Part shown: positions 26,904 through 36,378 of the stretch, piece by piece
How positions within the stretch are numbered: the first letter of the stretch is position 1
Layout: each line of letters starts with the position of its first letter
Assembly: GCA_963842085.1 (NCBI GenBank)
Contig: CAWJET010000001.1
Coordinates: 1,312,001 to 1,376,000 of the forward strand
From: an uncultured delta proteobacterium
GTDB taxonomy: Bacteria > Desulfobacterota > Binatia > Binatales > Binataceae
Length of the DNA stretch: 64,000 bases
Reading direction: 5' to 3'
The notes under the pieces: generated by a model
Databases searched by the model: none
What the model was told of the DNA's origin: nothing
The model's input: the letters and a program-made list of their open reading frames with translations, nothing else
Position numbers and translations under genes: made by a program

Positions 26904-29432
26904 CTAGCGGAACCACAGGATGTGAGCGTCCTCGAGCGGAATCCTTGCTCCGGAATGCGACGGAACGATACGAGGCGTGTAGTCCGACGCCGGGCGCGAA
27001 GCAGGGACGTCGGCCCGGTAGATGCGACAGCCTGCAGAAGGCAGTGAACCGTGAGCTTGCGTCATCTCACTCACGAATGGCGGCTCGCCGTTGAGCGGAT
27101 CCGCATAGAGCTGCACGCACACCCAGTCGGGACGCAGGTCTCCCAGATACACCTCGACCCTCAGTGAGTGCGTGTGTGGAGTACTCTCGACATGAAGCTC
27201 ACCGAACCGCACCGACGGCCAGTAACCGGCCAACAGCTGTTCCCATTGGAGCAGCGATCTGCCGTAGGCGCCGTGATACTTTGCGCGCTCGCGATAAGCC
27301 TCAGCGGCCGGGAAGTAATATTGCTCGGTGTACTCGCGTACCGCCCGATTGGCCGAAAACTGCGGCGTCAAGCGTGACATACTTTCGCGCATTCGCTTGA
27401 CCCACCCGACGGCGATTCCACTACTGTCGCGGAGGTAGAACTCCGGAACCACTTCCTTCTCCAGGATGTCGTAGAGTTGCTCGGCATCGGCGGCGTCACA
27501 GGCCGGGTCATCGCCATGCTCTTTGCCATCACCCAACGCCCAGCCGACCTGCGGCGAATACGCCTCGGCCCACCAACCGTCCAGTTCCGACAGGTTGAGG
27601 CCGCCGTTAACCAGCACTTTCATTCCGCTCGTGCCGCACGCCTCCCAGGGCCGACGCGGCGTGTTGATCCACAGGTCGGCGCCCTGCACCATGCGCTCAG
27701 CGAGGGTCAAATCGTAGTCGGCGAGAAAGACCGCGTGGCGCCGCACCTCCGGCCGCTGGACGAACTCAACCCATTCTTTGACCATCGCCTGGCCGGCGTC
27801 GTCCTTAGGATGTGCCTTGCCGGCGATAACCAGCTGAACCGGACGTTGTGAATTGGTCAAAATGCGGACGAGACGTTGCGGGTCATGCAGGAGCAGGTTG
27901 GGACGCTTGTAGGTTGCAAAGCGGCGGGCGAAGCCCAGCGTCAGCGTGTCCGGGTCGAATACACTCTCGGCGGCTTGCGGTTCTTCGCCGCGAGCGGCAA
28001 GCGCGATGGCCAGGCGCTCTCGTACGAAGTGCACCAGCTCGAAACGGTTCTTCGCGCGAAGCTCCCACAGCGCGCTGTCGGTCGCGCCGCGGATGGCATC
28101 TTCGACGGTTTCCATGCCTCCGCGCCAACGGTCGCCGCCGCAGGTCTGCGTCCATAGAGTATCGGCGGCCTCGGAATCCCAGGTCGGCGTGTGTACGCCG
28201 TTGGTGACGTATCCCACCGGAATCTCTGCCTGCGGCCAGCGCGGGAAAAGGCTCTGAAAGATTCTGCGGCTGACCGCGCCATGCAGGCGGCTGACTCCGT
28301 TGATCGTCCCGCTGCCGCGGATCGCCAGGTAAGCCATGTTAAAGGGTTCGCTCGCGTCGTCAGGTCGCGCACGCCCCAGCGCCAGCAGCTGTGAGAGATC
28401 GATGCTGAGCCGCTCTCGCGCGTATCGTTCGAGGTACTGGCTCATCAGGCTTGGCGCAAAACGATCGAACCCCGCTTCCACCGGAGTATGAGTCGTAAAC
28501 AGATTGCCGGCTCGCGTGACCGCCAGCGACACCCCGAAAGGCTGTCCGCTGTCCTCCATGAAACTTCGCGCCCGCTCGAGCACGGCAAAGGCCGCATGTC
28601 CCTCGTTCAGATGGCAAACTTCCGGATTGATGCCTAGACTTCGCAAGAGCCGCCAGCCGCCGAGCCCGAGCACCAACTCCTGCACCAGCCGCAATTCGGG
28701 GCCACCGCCGTATAGCTCGGTAGTGATACCTCGATCGGCCGGCGCATTCGCCGGGTCGTTGCTGTCGAGCAGATAGAGTTTCAGCCGGCCGACGTGCGCG
28801 TACCAGGTCCGCAGCCACAGTTTCCGTCCGGGCGTGTTCACGCTCAATCTCAGCCACTCTCCGTCCGAATTGCGGATGGGAGTCACCGGCATCTGGCTCG
28901 TGTCGTTGTAGGGGTAGAGGGCGTGCTGGTTTCCGTCCGCGTCGATGACCTGTCGGAAATAGCCTTGATGGTAGAGCAGTCCGACAGCAACGAGCGGAAC
29001 GCCAAGATCGTCCGCGGCCTTCAGCTGATCGCCGGCGACATTACCCAGCCCGCCGGAGTAGATGGGTAGCGCTTCGCTAAGGCCGAATTCCATACTGAAG
29101 TATGCGACGGACTTGAGCCCCGAATTTGCGTGCGTCCGTTCAAACCATGGGAGTTCGCTTTCGCGTCTCTTACGATCCGCCAGCAATTCGTGCAGGTCCT
29201 TGCGGTAGGCGGGATCCGTGAGGAGCCGTTTGAGCTTGGTGCCCGATGCCGTTTGCAGAACGACCCACGGGTTGTGGGTCAAAGCCCACAGTTCGGGTTC
29301 GAGGCGGCTCCACAACCGATCGGTCCTGTGGTCCCAGCAATTGCGCAGGTCCAACGCCATTTCCGCGAGCTCTTCGGCACCCTCGGCGTCAGGCGGCAAA
29401 CCGCCGGAGTCAGCACTGAGCATGGTCTTCAT
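26904..29432 (-). CDS. glgP: Alpha-glucan (glycogen/maltodextrin) phosphorylase
   Basis: AYFSMEFG, YSGGLG, HLNEGH, ARRFATYKR, GKAHP and EACGTSGMK (PLP lysine) motifs. Confidence 0.95.
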   Translation of the reverse strand: MKTMLSADSGGLPPDAEGAEELAEMALDLRNCWDHRTDRLWSRLEPELWALTHNPWVVLQTASGTKLKRLLTDPAYRKDLHELLADRKRRESELPWFERTHANSGLKSVAYFSMEFGLSEALPIYSGGLGNVAGDQLKAADDLGVPLVAVGLLYHQGYFRQVIDADGNQHALYPYNDTSQMPVTPIRNSDGEWLRLSVNTPGRKLWLRTWYAHVGRLKLYLLDSNDPANAPADRGITTELYGGGPELRLVQELVLGLGGWRLLRSLGINPEVCHLNEGHAAFAVLERARSFMEDSGQPFGVSLAVTRAGNLFTTHTPVEAGFDRFAPSLMSQYLERYARERLSIDLSQLLALGRARPDDASEPFNMAYLAIRGSGTINGVSRLHGAVSRRIFQSLFPRWPQAEIPVGYVTNGVHTPTWDSEAADTLWTQTCGGDRWRGGMETVEDAIRGATDSALWELRAKNRFELVHFVRERLAIALAARGEEPQAAESVFDPDTLTLGFARRFATYKRPNLLLHDPQRLVRILTNSQRPVQLVIAGKAHPKDDAGQAMVKEWVEFVQRPEVRRHAVFLADYDLTLAERMVQGADLWINTPRRPWEACGTSGMKVLVNGGLNLSELDGWWAEAYSPQVGWALGDGKEHGDDPACDAADAEQLYDILEKEVVPEFYLRDSSGIAVGWVKRMRESMSRLTPQFSANRAVREYTEQYYFPAAEAYRERAKYHGAYGRSLLQWEQLLAGYWPSVRFGELHVESTPHTHSLRVEVYLGDLRPDWVCVQLYADPLNGEPPFVSEMTQAHGSLPSAGCRIYRADVPASRPASDYTPRIVPSHSGARIPLEDAHILWFR

Positions 29433-29646
29433 ACCTCGTCGGGGTCCTCAAAGGGACAACAAGGGCAATGGCCGAGTATCGCGGGGCAGCCATCCGACCG
29501 CAAACCGCCGTCAGCTCGGTGGATCTCGGTATCTGACGAGATCTGGATGATCTGCGAGCTAACTTGCATCGCGAGCCTGCTACCGCTAGTCTTACCATCA
29601 GTAGGAACGACCAGTAGGGACGGGAACGACTGGGAACGACAATTCG

Positions 29647-29871
29647 ATGAGCGTTGCAAAACTTTCGGTATCGCTTCCCCGCTCGCTGGCTGGATTCGTC
29701 GAAAGCTACCGCCAAAGGCGCGGTCTAACGACCCGCTCTCAGGTCTTCGAGGAAGCGCTAAAGCTGCTAAGAAGCAGAGAGTTGGAGACCGCTTACCGCG
29801 ACGCGAACGCGGAATTCGACAAGGATTGGGAGACCGCGACTTCGGATGCGCTGTCCGATGAGACGTGGTGA
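29647..29871 (+). CDS. Ribbon-helix-helix antitoxin (MazE/CopG-like)
   Basis: KLSVSLP...RSQVFEEAL with an acidic tail; overlaps the toxin start. Confidence 0.85.
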   Translation: MSVAKLSVSLPRSLAGFVESYRQRRGLTTRSQVFEEALKLLRSRELETAYRDANAEFDKDWETATSDALSDETW

Positions 29872-30190
29872 AATCTACTACGCGGACCTGAGCCCGGCGA
29901 TCGGGACTGAGATAAACAAGCGCCGGCCGGTGCTCATTGTCAGCAACGAAGCGAATAACCGGGCCGCGAACACAGTGACAGTCCTGCCCATCACCAACAT
30001 CAGCAGGATATATCCATTTGAAATTGCGCTCTCGCCCAAAGATAGCGGCCTGCCAAGGCCGTCGAAGGCTCAAGCGCAGCAGATCCGAACGATCTCCAAA
30101 GAACGCATCCGAGGCGATGCGTTGGGTCGTCTCGATGCTGCCATTATGAGCAAGGCTGCGGACGCGATGCGCCTTCACCTCGATCTCTAG
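29858..30190 (+). CDS. mazF: PemK/MazF-family toxin
   Basis: RRGEIYYADLSP-GTE-KRRPVLIVS, VLPIT and QIRTISKER motifs. Confidence 0.92.
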   Translation: MRRGEIYYADLSPAIGTEINKRRPVLIVSNEANNRAANTVTVLPITNISRIYPFEIALSPKDSGLPRPSKAQAQQIRTISKERIRGDALGRLDAAIMSKAADAMRLHLDL

Positions 30191-30212
30191 ATCACCTCAA
30201 CCATCTCGTCGA

Positions 30213-30872
30213 TCAAATTTGCCTCCCCCATGTATCCAGGTATGCGAGCTGCTCGACTGGGCGCCGTATCAGCGGCCCATGCCCGCGCCCGACCGGATAG
30301 CCGATCGGAATCGCCGCTGCCGTATACCATGGATCGGGAATCGCCAGCAGCTTGCGCACTTCCGGCTCGCATTCGCACAGCAGGGTCGTCAGCACGCAAC
30401 CCAATCCTTCGGCGCGGCACGCGAGCAACAGGTTCTCGACGGCGGTGTAGACCGAGCCGCCGCCGACCACCGAAACCCGCTCCTGCTTCGCATCCGTGAT
30501 CGCCATGTTTTTCGGATTGAAGCAGAACACTGCGACGACCGGCGTCTGGCCGAAATGTTTGCCCAGGTAGTCGCCCGCTGCCAGCGTGCGTTCCGCTCGT
30601 GCGCGCGCCTCGGGCGACGCACTGGCGGGAATCGCGCCGCGGTATTGCTTCGAGTACGCAATCCATCGCTCGTTGTAGAGCCTGCCGAGCGGCTCTTTCA
30701 GTGCGCGATCCTTCACGACGACTATCCGCCATGGCTGGACGTTGCCGCCGGTCGGCGCCCAGGTCGCCGCTTCGAGCACGCGATGCAGCACGTCGTCGGC
30801 GATCGGGTCGGGCCGCAGCCGCCTGACGGCGCGCAGCGTGCGCATCGTTTCGTAGATTCCCATTTCGGCCAT
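30213..30872 (-). CDS. Nitroreductase family protein
   Basis: RAVRR, APTGGNVQPW, NLLLACRAEGLG and IGYP motifs. Confidence 0.9.
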   Translation of the reverse strand: MAEMGIYETMRTLRAVRRLRPDPIADDVLHRVLEAATWAPTGGNVQPWRIVVVKDRALKEPLGRLYNERWIAYSKQYRGAIPASASPEARARAERTLAAGDYLGKHFGQTPVVAVFCFNPKNMAITDAKQERVSVVGGGSVYTAVENLLLACRAEGLGCVLTTLLCECEPEVRKLLAIPDPWYTAAAIPIGYPVGRGHGPLIRRPVEQLAYLDTWGRQI

Positions 30873-30902
30873 GCCTGATTCTCCTTCCGGCTGCGCGCGC
30901 GT

Positions 30903-31796
30903 TCATCTCGCGCCAAGATGAGAGCGCAACATTCCGAGCGCCGCCAGCGCGAACAGCGCAAAGTCCATCGACGCGTGCGCGATGATCGATGCTTCCAGGC
31001 CGCGCCGCAAATACAAGCGCCCGAACACGACTCCCTCCCACGTCTGCGGCATCACCAATCCGCCGAGCAGAAGCCGCGGCGCGCTGTTGAACAGGGTCCC
31101 GGCCAGCGGCGCCAGGTGAATTATTCCGAACAGGTAGCCTTGTGCCAGCGTTACGATCCAGAGCGCGCGGCGTCCCGGATGGCCCCGCGAGTCGCGCGAC
31201 ATCAGCCGTGCGACCCATCCGAATAGTGCATACAGCACCAGTCGAAACTGGATTTCCTCGCTGACGGCCGCCGCGATCGCGACCGACGCTCCGACCATCG
31301 CGATACGGCCCGGCGCCACGGTCAGCATCGGCGTGTTCGGCAACTTGAAGCCCGCGCCGCCATGATGGATCAGCAGCAGCGGCACGATCAGGATCGCCAG
31401 CACGCTCGCGCCCGCCACCGCCGCCAATATCGCGTAGCCAATCGAGACTCGCAGCAGGCTGCGAATCGAGAAATGTAGTCTCTCGCCCGCGAACTTTGCC
31501 GCGAGCAGTGGCGCACCGGGCAACCCGAGTTCGCCGTTGAGTCGAAGGGTCAGCGGAATCAATGATGCGAGCACCACCGTGACGCCCAGGAAAGGGAGCG
31601 CGCGCACGAGTTCCGAGCGTGCGAGCGATTTGAGTGCGAATGCGAGCGGATATTCGATTACCGCGCCGGCGATCGCCAGCGCCGCCAGCAGCGCCGACTC
31701 GCGCCGCCGCGCCGCGCGCTGCGCGACGCCGCCGCGGTCCGCCGCGGTGCGGCTCGCCGGCGCGTCACCGGGGGCGTCTGCGGCCGGCTCGCTCAC
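30903..31796 (-). CDS. CPBP (CAAX/Abi) family intramembrane metalloprotease
   Basis: Multi-TM with EEIQFR, FGIIH and IIAH motifs. GTG start overlaps the upstream stop (GTGA). Confidence 0.78.
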   Translation of the reverse strand: MSEPAADAPGDAPASRTAADRGGVAQRAARRRESALLAALAIAGAVIEYPLAFALKSLARSELVRALPFLGVTVVLASLIPLTLRLNGELGLPGAPLLAAKFAGERLHFSIRSLLRVSIGYAILAAVAGASVLAILIVPLLLIHHGGAGFKLPNTPMLTVAPGRIAMVGASVAIAAAVSEEIQFRLVLYALFGWVARLMSRDSRGHPGRRALWIVTLAQGYLFGIIHLAPLAGTLFNSAPRLLLGGLVMPQTWEGVVFGRLYLRRGLEASIIAHASMDFALFALAALGMLRSHLGAR

Positions 31797-32617
31797 TTGA
31801 TCGTCGGGAGAAATTCGGGGATGTCCTTCGACGGCTTCATCTTCCACTTGGGCTTGCGCTTCTCGACGAACGCGCTGACGCCCTCGTAGGAGTCGGGTTG
31901 CTTGCCCGCCCACACGAACGCCCGTGTGTCGGCCGCCTGCGCCTTCTCCGTTTCCGGCTCCGCGAGCAGTGCGTAGATCAGCCGCTTGGTTATCGCGACC
32001 GACACCGGCGCCGTGTTCTGCGCAATATCCAGCGCCATCTCGCGCACCCTGGTCATGAACTCGGCGTCGGGCCAGACGTGGCTCACGATGCCGAACTCGA
32101 GCGCCTCGCGCGCGCTGATAATCCGCCCGGTCATCAGCAGTTCGTTGGCCTTGGCCACGCCGATCATTCGCGGGACGGTCCACAGGCTGAGCGCCTCCGG
32201 AACGACTCCGCGGCGCACGAACACGAAACCGATTCGCGCGCTCTCGGCCGCGACCCGGATGTCCCATTGCATCGGCAGCGTGATTCCCATTCCGACCGCC
32301 GGCCCGTTGATCGCCGCGATGATCGGTTTGCGCACGTTCCACGGCCGAATCGCGGGCGCCGGACGTTGGCGGCGCTCGGCGCGCGCGTCGGCGTCGAAGG
32401 TATTGCCGCCGCCCGACAGGTCCGCGCCCGCGCTGAACGCGCGGCCCGCGCCGGTGACAACGATCACGCGCACGTCGTCATCCTTGTCGTATTCGGCGAA
32501 CGACGCGTACAGGTCCGCGGCCATGGTGCCCGAGAATGCGTTGAGTTTCTCGGGGCGATTGAGCGTGACCGTGGCGACGCCGTCTTTCACTTCCTTCAAA
32601 ATGTGTCCGCTGGCCAT
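31793..32617 (-). CDS. Enoyl-CoA hydratase/isomerase
   Basis: TLNRPEKLNA, GRAFSAGADL, KPIIAAING and EGVSAFVEKR motifs. Confidence 0.92.
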   Translation of the reverse strand: MASGHILKEVKDGVATVTLNRPEKLNAFSGTMAADLYASFAEYDKDDDVRVIVVTGAGRAFSAGADLSGGGNTFDADARAERRQRPAPAIRPWNVRKPIIAAINGPAVGMGITLPMQWDIRVAAESARIGFVFVRRGVVPEALSLWTVPRMIGVAKANELLMTGRIISAREALEFGIVSHVWPDAEFMTRVREMALDIAQNTAPVSVAITKRLIYALLAEPETEKAQAADTRAFVWAGKQPDSYEGVSAFVEKRKPKWKMKPSKDIPEFLPTIK

Positions 32618-32641
32618 GTGAGTTGCCCTCTCTTGTTTCAG

Positions 32642-33454
32642 TTACTTCTTCAGATCCAGATTTTGCGCATCGGCGAACGACATCATCTGACTGACTTGTT
32701 CGCGGACCAGCTCGGGATTGTTGCCCGCCGCTTTGTCGAGCTCGCCGATCTCCTCGGGAACGTACCAATGCAGCTTGTCGGAGTGATAGGCCTCCCAGAC
32801 AACCTTCGCGACTTCGATCGGCGGAATCAGCCGGAACATCCCCTCTTTCGGCGCGCGCTCGGCGGTTCCCGGCGGGAGGATCGCCGTATCGATCAGACCC
32901 GGCAGCGTGTCGGCCGCACGCACGCCGTAGCGGCGGAACTCGATCGACAGCGCCTCGGTCAATCCCTTGACCGCGTGCTTGGTGGCGGAATACACGGCGA
33001 TTCCCGGCATCCCGTACGTTGCCGAGGATGACGACGTCGTGAAGCAGAGCGAGCCCGGCGTCGCCTTGAGCAGACCGATCGCGGAATGAATCCCGTTGAG
33101 CACGCCGATGAAGTTCACGCGCACGACGCGGATGATGTCCTCGAACGGCTGTTCATCGAAGAAGCCGCCGACGCCGATGCCGGCATTGTTATACAGGATG
33201 TCCATCTTGCCGCCGGTCGCCGCGCCGAATTCCGCCAGCGCGCGCTCGTAGTCGGGCTTGTCGGTCACGTCGAGCCGCCGCACGACGCAGTTGTCGGCGC
33301 CCAATTCCTTCTCAAGCGCGCGCAATCCGTCGGCGTTAACGTCGTAAGCGCCGATGAACCATCCTTTCTCGCGGAACAGGCGCGCGGTCTCGCGGCCCAT
33401 TCCGGATGCGGCGCCGGTAATGAAGATCGATTTGCGGCCGTTGGCGGTTCCCAT
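32642..33454 (-). CDS. Short-chain dehydrogenase/reductase
   Basis: TGAASGMG, NNAG and YSATK motifs. Confidence 0.92.
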   Translation of the reverse strand: MGTANGRKSIFITGAASGMGRETARLFREKGWFIGAYDVNADGLRALEKELGADNCVVRRLDVTDKPDYERALAEFGAATGGKMDILYNNAGIGVGGFFDEQPFEDIIRVVRVNFIGVLNGIHSAIGLLKATPGSLCFTTSSSSATYGMPGIAVYSATKHAVKGLTEALSIEFRRYGVRAADTLPGLIDTAILPPGTAERAPKEGMFRLIPPIEVAKVVWEAYHSDKLHWYVPEEIGELDKAAGNNPELVREQVSQMMSFADAQNLDLKK

Positions 33455-33515
33455 AGAATTCTCCGGCAGGTGTTACTCAGCCTCGAACATAGTCGAAGTT
33501 CGAGGCGGCTGGCGA

Positions 33516-33802
33516 ATGGAATGCTTCGTCTACATCCTCGGTAGTTGCGGTCCCGATGGATATCGAACGTACGTCGGATGGACCAACGATCTCGAGCGAC
33601 GGCTCGCGCGACATAACGCAGGCACCGGCGCGCGCTCGACGCGCGGCCGCGTATGGTTCCTGCTGTACGCCGAGCGCCACGACTCGCGCGAGGAAGCGAT
33701 GAGCCGGGAGTGGCAGAGGAAGCGATGAGCCGGGAGTGGCATCTGAAGAGGAACCGAAGGTTTCGAAAGAGGCTGACGCTCGCAAGCCTGGAAACGGCGT
33801 GA
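33516..33802 (+). pseudogene. GIY-YIG nuclease (UPF0213-like) frameshifted by a 26-bp tandem duplication
   Basis: FVYIL...TYVGWTNDLERRLARHNAG-GARSTRG...EAMSREW. Removing one repeat copy restores HLKRNRRFRKRL...* at 33802. Confidence 0.82.
33690..33741 (+). repeat. Perfect 26-bp tandem duplication
   Basis: gaggaagcgatgagccgggagtggca occurs twice (33690-33715 and 33716-33741). Confidence 0.95.
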
Positions 33803-34165
33803 TACAGCATCTACAGGGACCGCCTTTGGTCGACATCGGTCCAATTTCGGGCAACGCAAATCTGGCGAAAACTTCCAAATTCAGCCATTAGTGGTAGTCT
33901 GGCGAAGGCGGTACCACAATCGGTGGCTTCGTTCCGTCAAATTTAGTTTTTCGGAAACCTGACGGCCGATGCCGAGTGATGTTCGCGAAGATGCGGTGCG
34001 TCCGGTGAGTTCGGATGTTGATGAGCGTTGTCCATAGGGATCACATAGCACGTCAGGTTCGGGCGCGAGCAGGCTGAATAGTTCACCCCAGAAACCGAGC
34101 ACGAAATCGGATACAGCAGCTCCCTAACAGAGCACTGGCGGACACAGAATCATGAATCGCGCGCG

Positions 34166-34648
34166 CTATTTCCTGAAATCGATTGGTTGCGGGCAGGCGG
34201 AGCCGCCGGCGTTGTAGGCGTAAACCATTTCGCCGCCCAAGTCTGCGCCCGCCGCTATCAGCAACATGACTGCTACGAGGCCGGCGAGGAATAGGTAGCG
34301 GAAACGGGTTGGCATCGGGCGCGCCGCGAGCGCCCATATCGTCAGAACGCCGGTCACCGACGATGCCGCGACCATCAAATGCTTATGATGCTGCAGGAGT
34401 TCGTGGCGGACTGATTCCGAGACCATCAGGCCCGGCGCCGCATAGAAGCCGCTGGCGACGGTTAATCCCGCGCTGAGCGCGCCCAGCATCAGCATCCAGA
34501 GCGCGGTCCATTGAAGGCGCTCGCTCGCGCTGATCCATGCAAGGAAATAGAGCAGCGTGGCGCCGTACAGGAACGCGATCGGAAAATGCACTAACAGCGG
34601 ATGGTAATTCTGCAGCTGCGACGCGCCCGGCAGAATTCGTTGCAGCAC
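34166..34648 (-). CDS. DUF2231-like membrane protein
   Basis: HPLLVHFPIA, TVASG, HH and GGEMVY motifs; about 4 TM helices. Confidence 0.8.
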   Translation of the reverse strand: MLQRILPGASQLQNYHPLLVHFPIAFLYGATLLYFLAWISASERLQWTALWMLMLGALSAGLTVASGFYAAPGLMVSESVRHELLQHHKHLMVAASSVTGVLTIWALAARPMPTRFRYLFLAGLVAVMLLIAAGADLGGEMVYAYNAGGSACPQPIDFRK

Positions 34649-34682
34649 GACGCTTTTTCGCTGTTGGCCCGCGGCTAGTACG

Positions 34683-35060
34683 CTATTTCACGGACTCGAC
34701 GACAATGAATTCCGTACCGTTCTTGCTGTATTCCTTGCCGGTCACTGTCACCTCATCTTCCATGTGCTTGATGACGCTTTCGGGAATCGGCGACGCGTCT
34801 TTGGGCGGCAACAGGACGTAGGATTTGTCGGTTCCTTTTTCGATAAGGATTACCGGAATCCCACTGGATGCGCATTTCATCGCGCACTGCTTGTGGCCCG
34901 GGCCCTTGGCGCCCATGGTGCCGTAGCAGTACGCGTCTTCGAGATTGCCAGTGACAGACTTCTCGCCGCCCTCGGCCGCGGTCGCCGCCGGCGCGGCCGC
35001 CACCGCAGCCAGTCCAATTGTAACAACGATTCCCAGTCCGAAAGTCGCCAGACGATTCAT
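34683..35060 (-). CDS. Secreted protein with a D-x-x-C-Y...H-x-x-C-A-x-x-C motif
   Basis: Signal peptide, GGAGG RBS, EDAYCY...GPGHKQCAMKC-SGIP and a beta-rich C-terminus. Confidence 0.8.
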   Translation of the reverse strand: MNRLATFGLGIVVTIGLAAVAAAPAATAAEGGEKSVTGNLEDAYCYGTMGAKGPGHKQCAMKCASSGIPVILIEKGTDKSYVLLPPKDASPIPESVIKHMEDEVTVTGKEYSKNGTEFIVVESVK

Positions 35061-35089
35061 GATTCACCTCCGAAGTAATGTAGTAGCGA

Positions 35090-35290
35090 TCAGTGAGAAG
35101 CGGTGTGAAGCATGCAATGCGCGCCCATAGCGTGGCTGCCGCCCTTGCAACACGAGGAGTTCGGGCAGCACGCTTCCTTTTTCACGCAGCACTCCGGGGT
35201 GTCCGACGGACGCGTGCCACCGGCGGAGGTCATTGCAAACGGCGCGGCCATCACGGTCGCGAGCACAGCCATCAGCGCAAATTTCTTCAT
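35090..35290 (-). CDS. Small secreted Cys/His-rich protein
   Basis: MKK signal peptide followed by CC-x5-CC-x4-CC and an H/M-rich tail. AGGGG RBS. Confidence 0.7.
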   Translation of the reverse strand: MKKFALMAVLATVMAAPFAMTSAGGTRPSDTPECCVKKEACCPNSSCCKGGSHAMGAHCMLHTASH

Positions 35291-35317
35291 GATGAAGTCC
35301 CCTACCAATATTTCAGT

Positions 35318-36301
35318 TCAGCGTCTATACGAGCGCGCCTCGACCGTCGAGCCGACGTCGCCGCCGCCGAACATTTCACGCCATCCCTTGCGCCGCGCGC
35401 CGGGCAACTTCGCGCCCAGCTTTCGCAGATGCAGCTCGAGGAGCTGCTTGAGTTCGTCGTTGAGCCGCTCGATTTCGACTTCCTCGGGCATCTTGGTCCG
35501 CGGCTGCCCTTCGGTAATTCCGCCGCGGCGCCGGCCGTAAAGCTGCTGCAGGCGCAACTCGGCCTTCGCGAACATCGCCTTGTATTTGTAGTCGAGCCGG
35601 CTGAGCGCGTCGGTCATAGCGGCCAGCGCCACGAACCTGCGCCGCATCCGCCACCATTCGAACATCGTCACCAGCATCACGCCGAACATGAACAGCGCCA
35701 AGATCCCCAGGCTGACGGCGGTCCCGCGCCACCAGGGCAGCAACTTGACGCCGAGCTGCAAGTCCTGGTTGTCGCCAGTCAGTTGCTGGAGCTGGGTCTG
35801 GAGCGATTTGACCTGCTCCTCCGCCGAATCGGATTTCTGCTCCGCCGCCTGCTGCTGCGCGCTCAGCGTCTCGACCTGCGACTTGAGCGTGTTGACCTCG
35901 GTGGTGAAGGGATGCGGCACCTTCAGCACCTCGTCCACGTCGAGCTCGTCGTCAACATGCATCCGGTTGGCGCGCGCGAGCTCATCGGGCGTGATCCCGA
36001 ACATCTGCGCGATCGCGCCGATCGAATCGCCGGGGCGAACCGTGTACGGGATGATGTTGGCGGGATGGTCCGGCCTGACGACGGGCTTTGGCGCCGATTC
36101 GTCGGCGGGCGCGTCAGTGTCGCGAGCTTCGGACGGTTCGGCCGCGCCCGGCGGACGGACCACTCGCGAGGGCGGCGCGGAGGGCGGAATGGTGCTCTCG
36201 TTAAAGTCGGACTGAGCGAACGCAAGTCCGCAACCGGCAACGATAAACGCCGCCGCGAGGGCCAGTCCGGATAGCGTTGAGCAGAACCGACGCGCGCTCA
36301 T
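35318..36301 (-). CDS. LysM-domain coiled-coil membrane protein
   Basis: Signal/TM segment, Pro-rich linker, YTVRPGDSIGAIAQMFG LysM, coiled coil, TM helix and cytoplasmic tail. Confidence 0.82.
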   Translation of the reverse strand: MSARRFCSTLSGLALAAAFIVAGCGLAFAQSDFNESTIPPSAPPSRVVRPPGAAEPSEARDTDAPADESAPKPVVRPDHPANIIPYTVRPGDSIGAIAQMFGITPDELARANRMHVDDELDVDEVLKVPHPFTTEVNTLKSQVETLSAQQQAAEQKSDSAEEQVKSLQTQLQQLTGDNQDLQLGVKLLPWWRGTAVSLGILALFMFGVMLVTMFEWWRMRRRFVALAAMTDALSRLDYKYKAMFAKAELRLQQLYGRRRGGITEGQPRTKMPEEVEIERLNDELKQLLELHLRKLGAKLPGARRKGWREMFGGGDVGSTVEARSYRR

Positions 36302-36378
36302 GATACACGTCCCCTTTGGCTACGAGCCCATTCCAGTATCTATCAGATTGCGCTCAGGGTCTAGGACGTAGCAATCAT

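Noticed and set aside
30903-32342. 479-aa version of the CPBP protease
   Set aside because: The N-terminal part is an alternative frame of the enoyl-CoA hydratase. GTG 31796 gives a typical GTGA coupling.
33690-33741. Tandem repeats (here and at 4603-4642) as a CRISPR remnant
   Set aside because: Only two adjacent copies each, with no spacers and no cas genes.
33803-34165. Short ORFs in this intergenic gap
   Set aside because: No convincing RBS, codon bias or motif.
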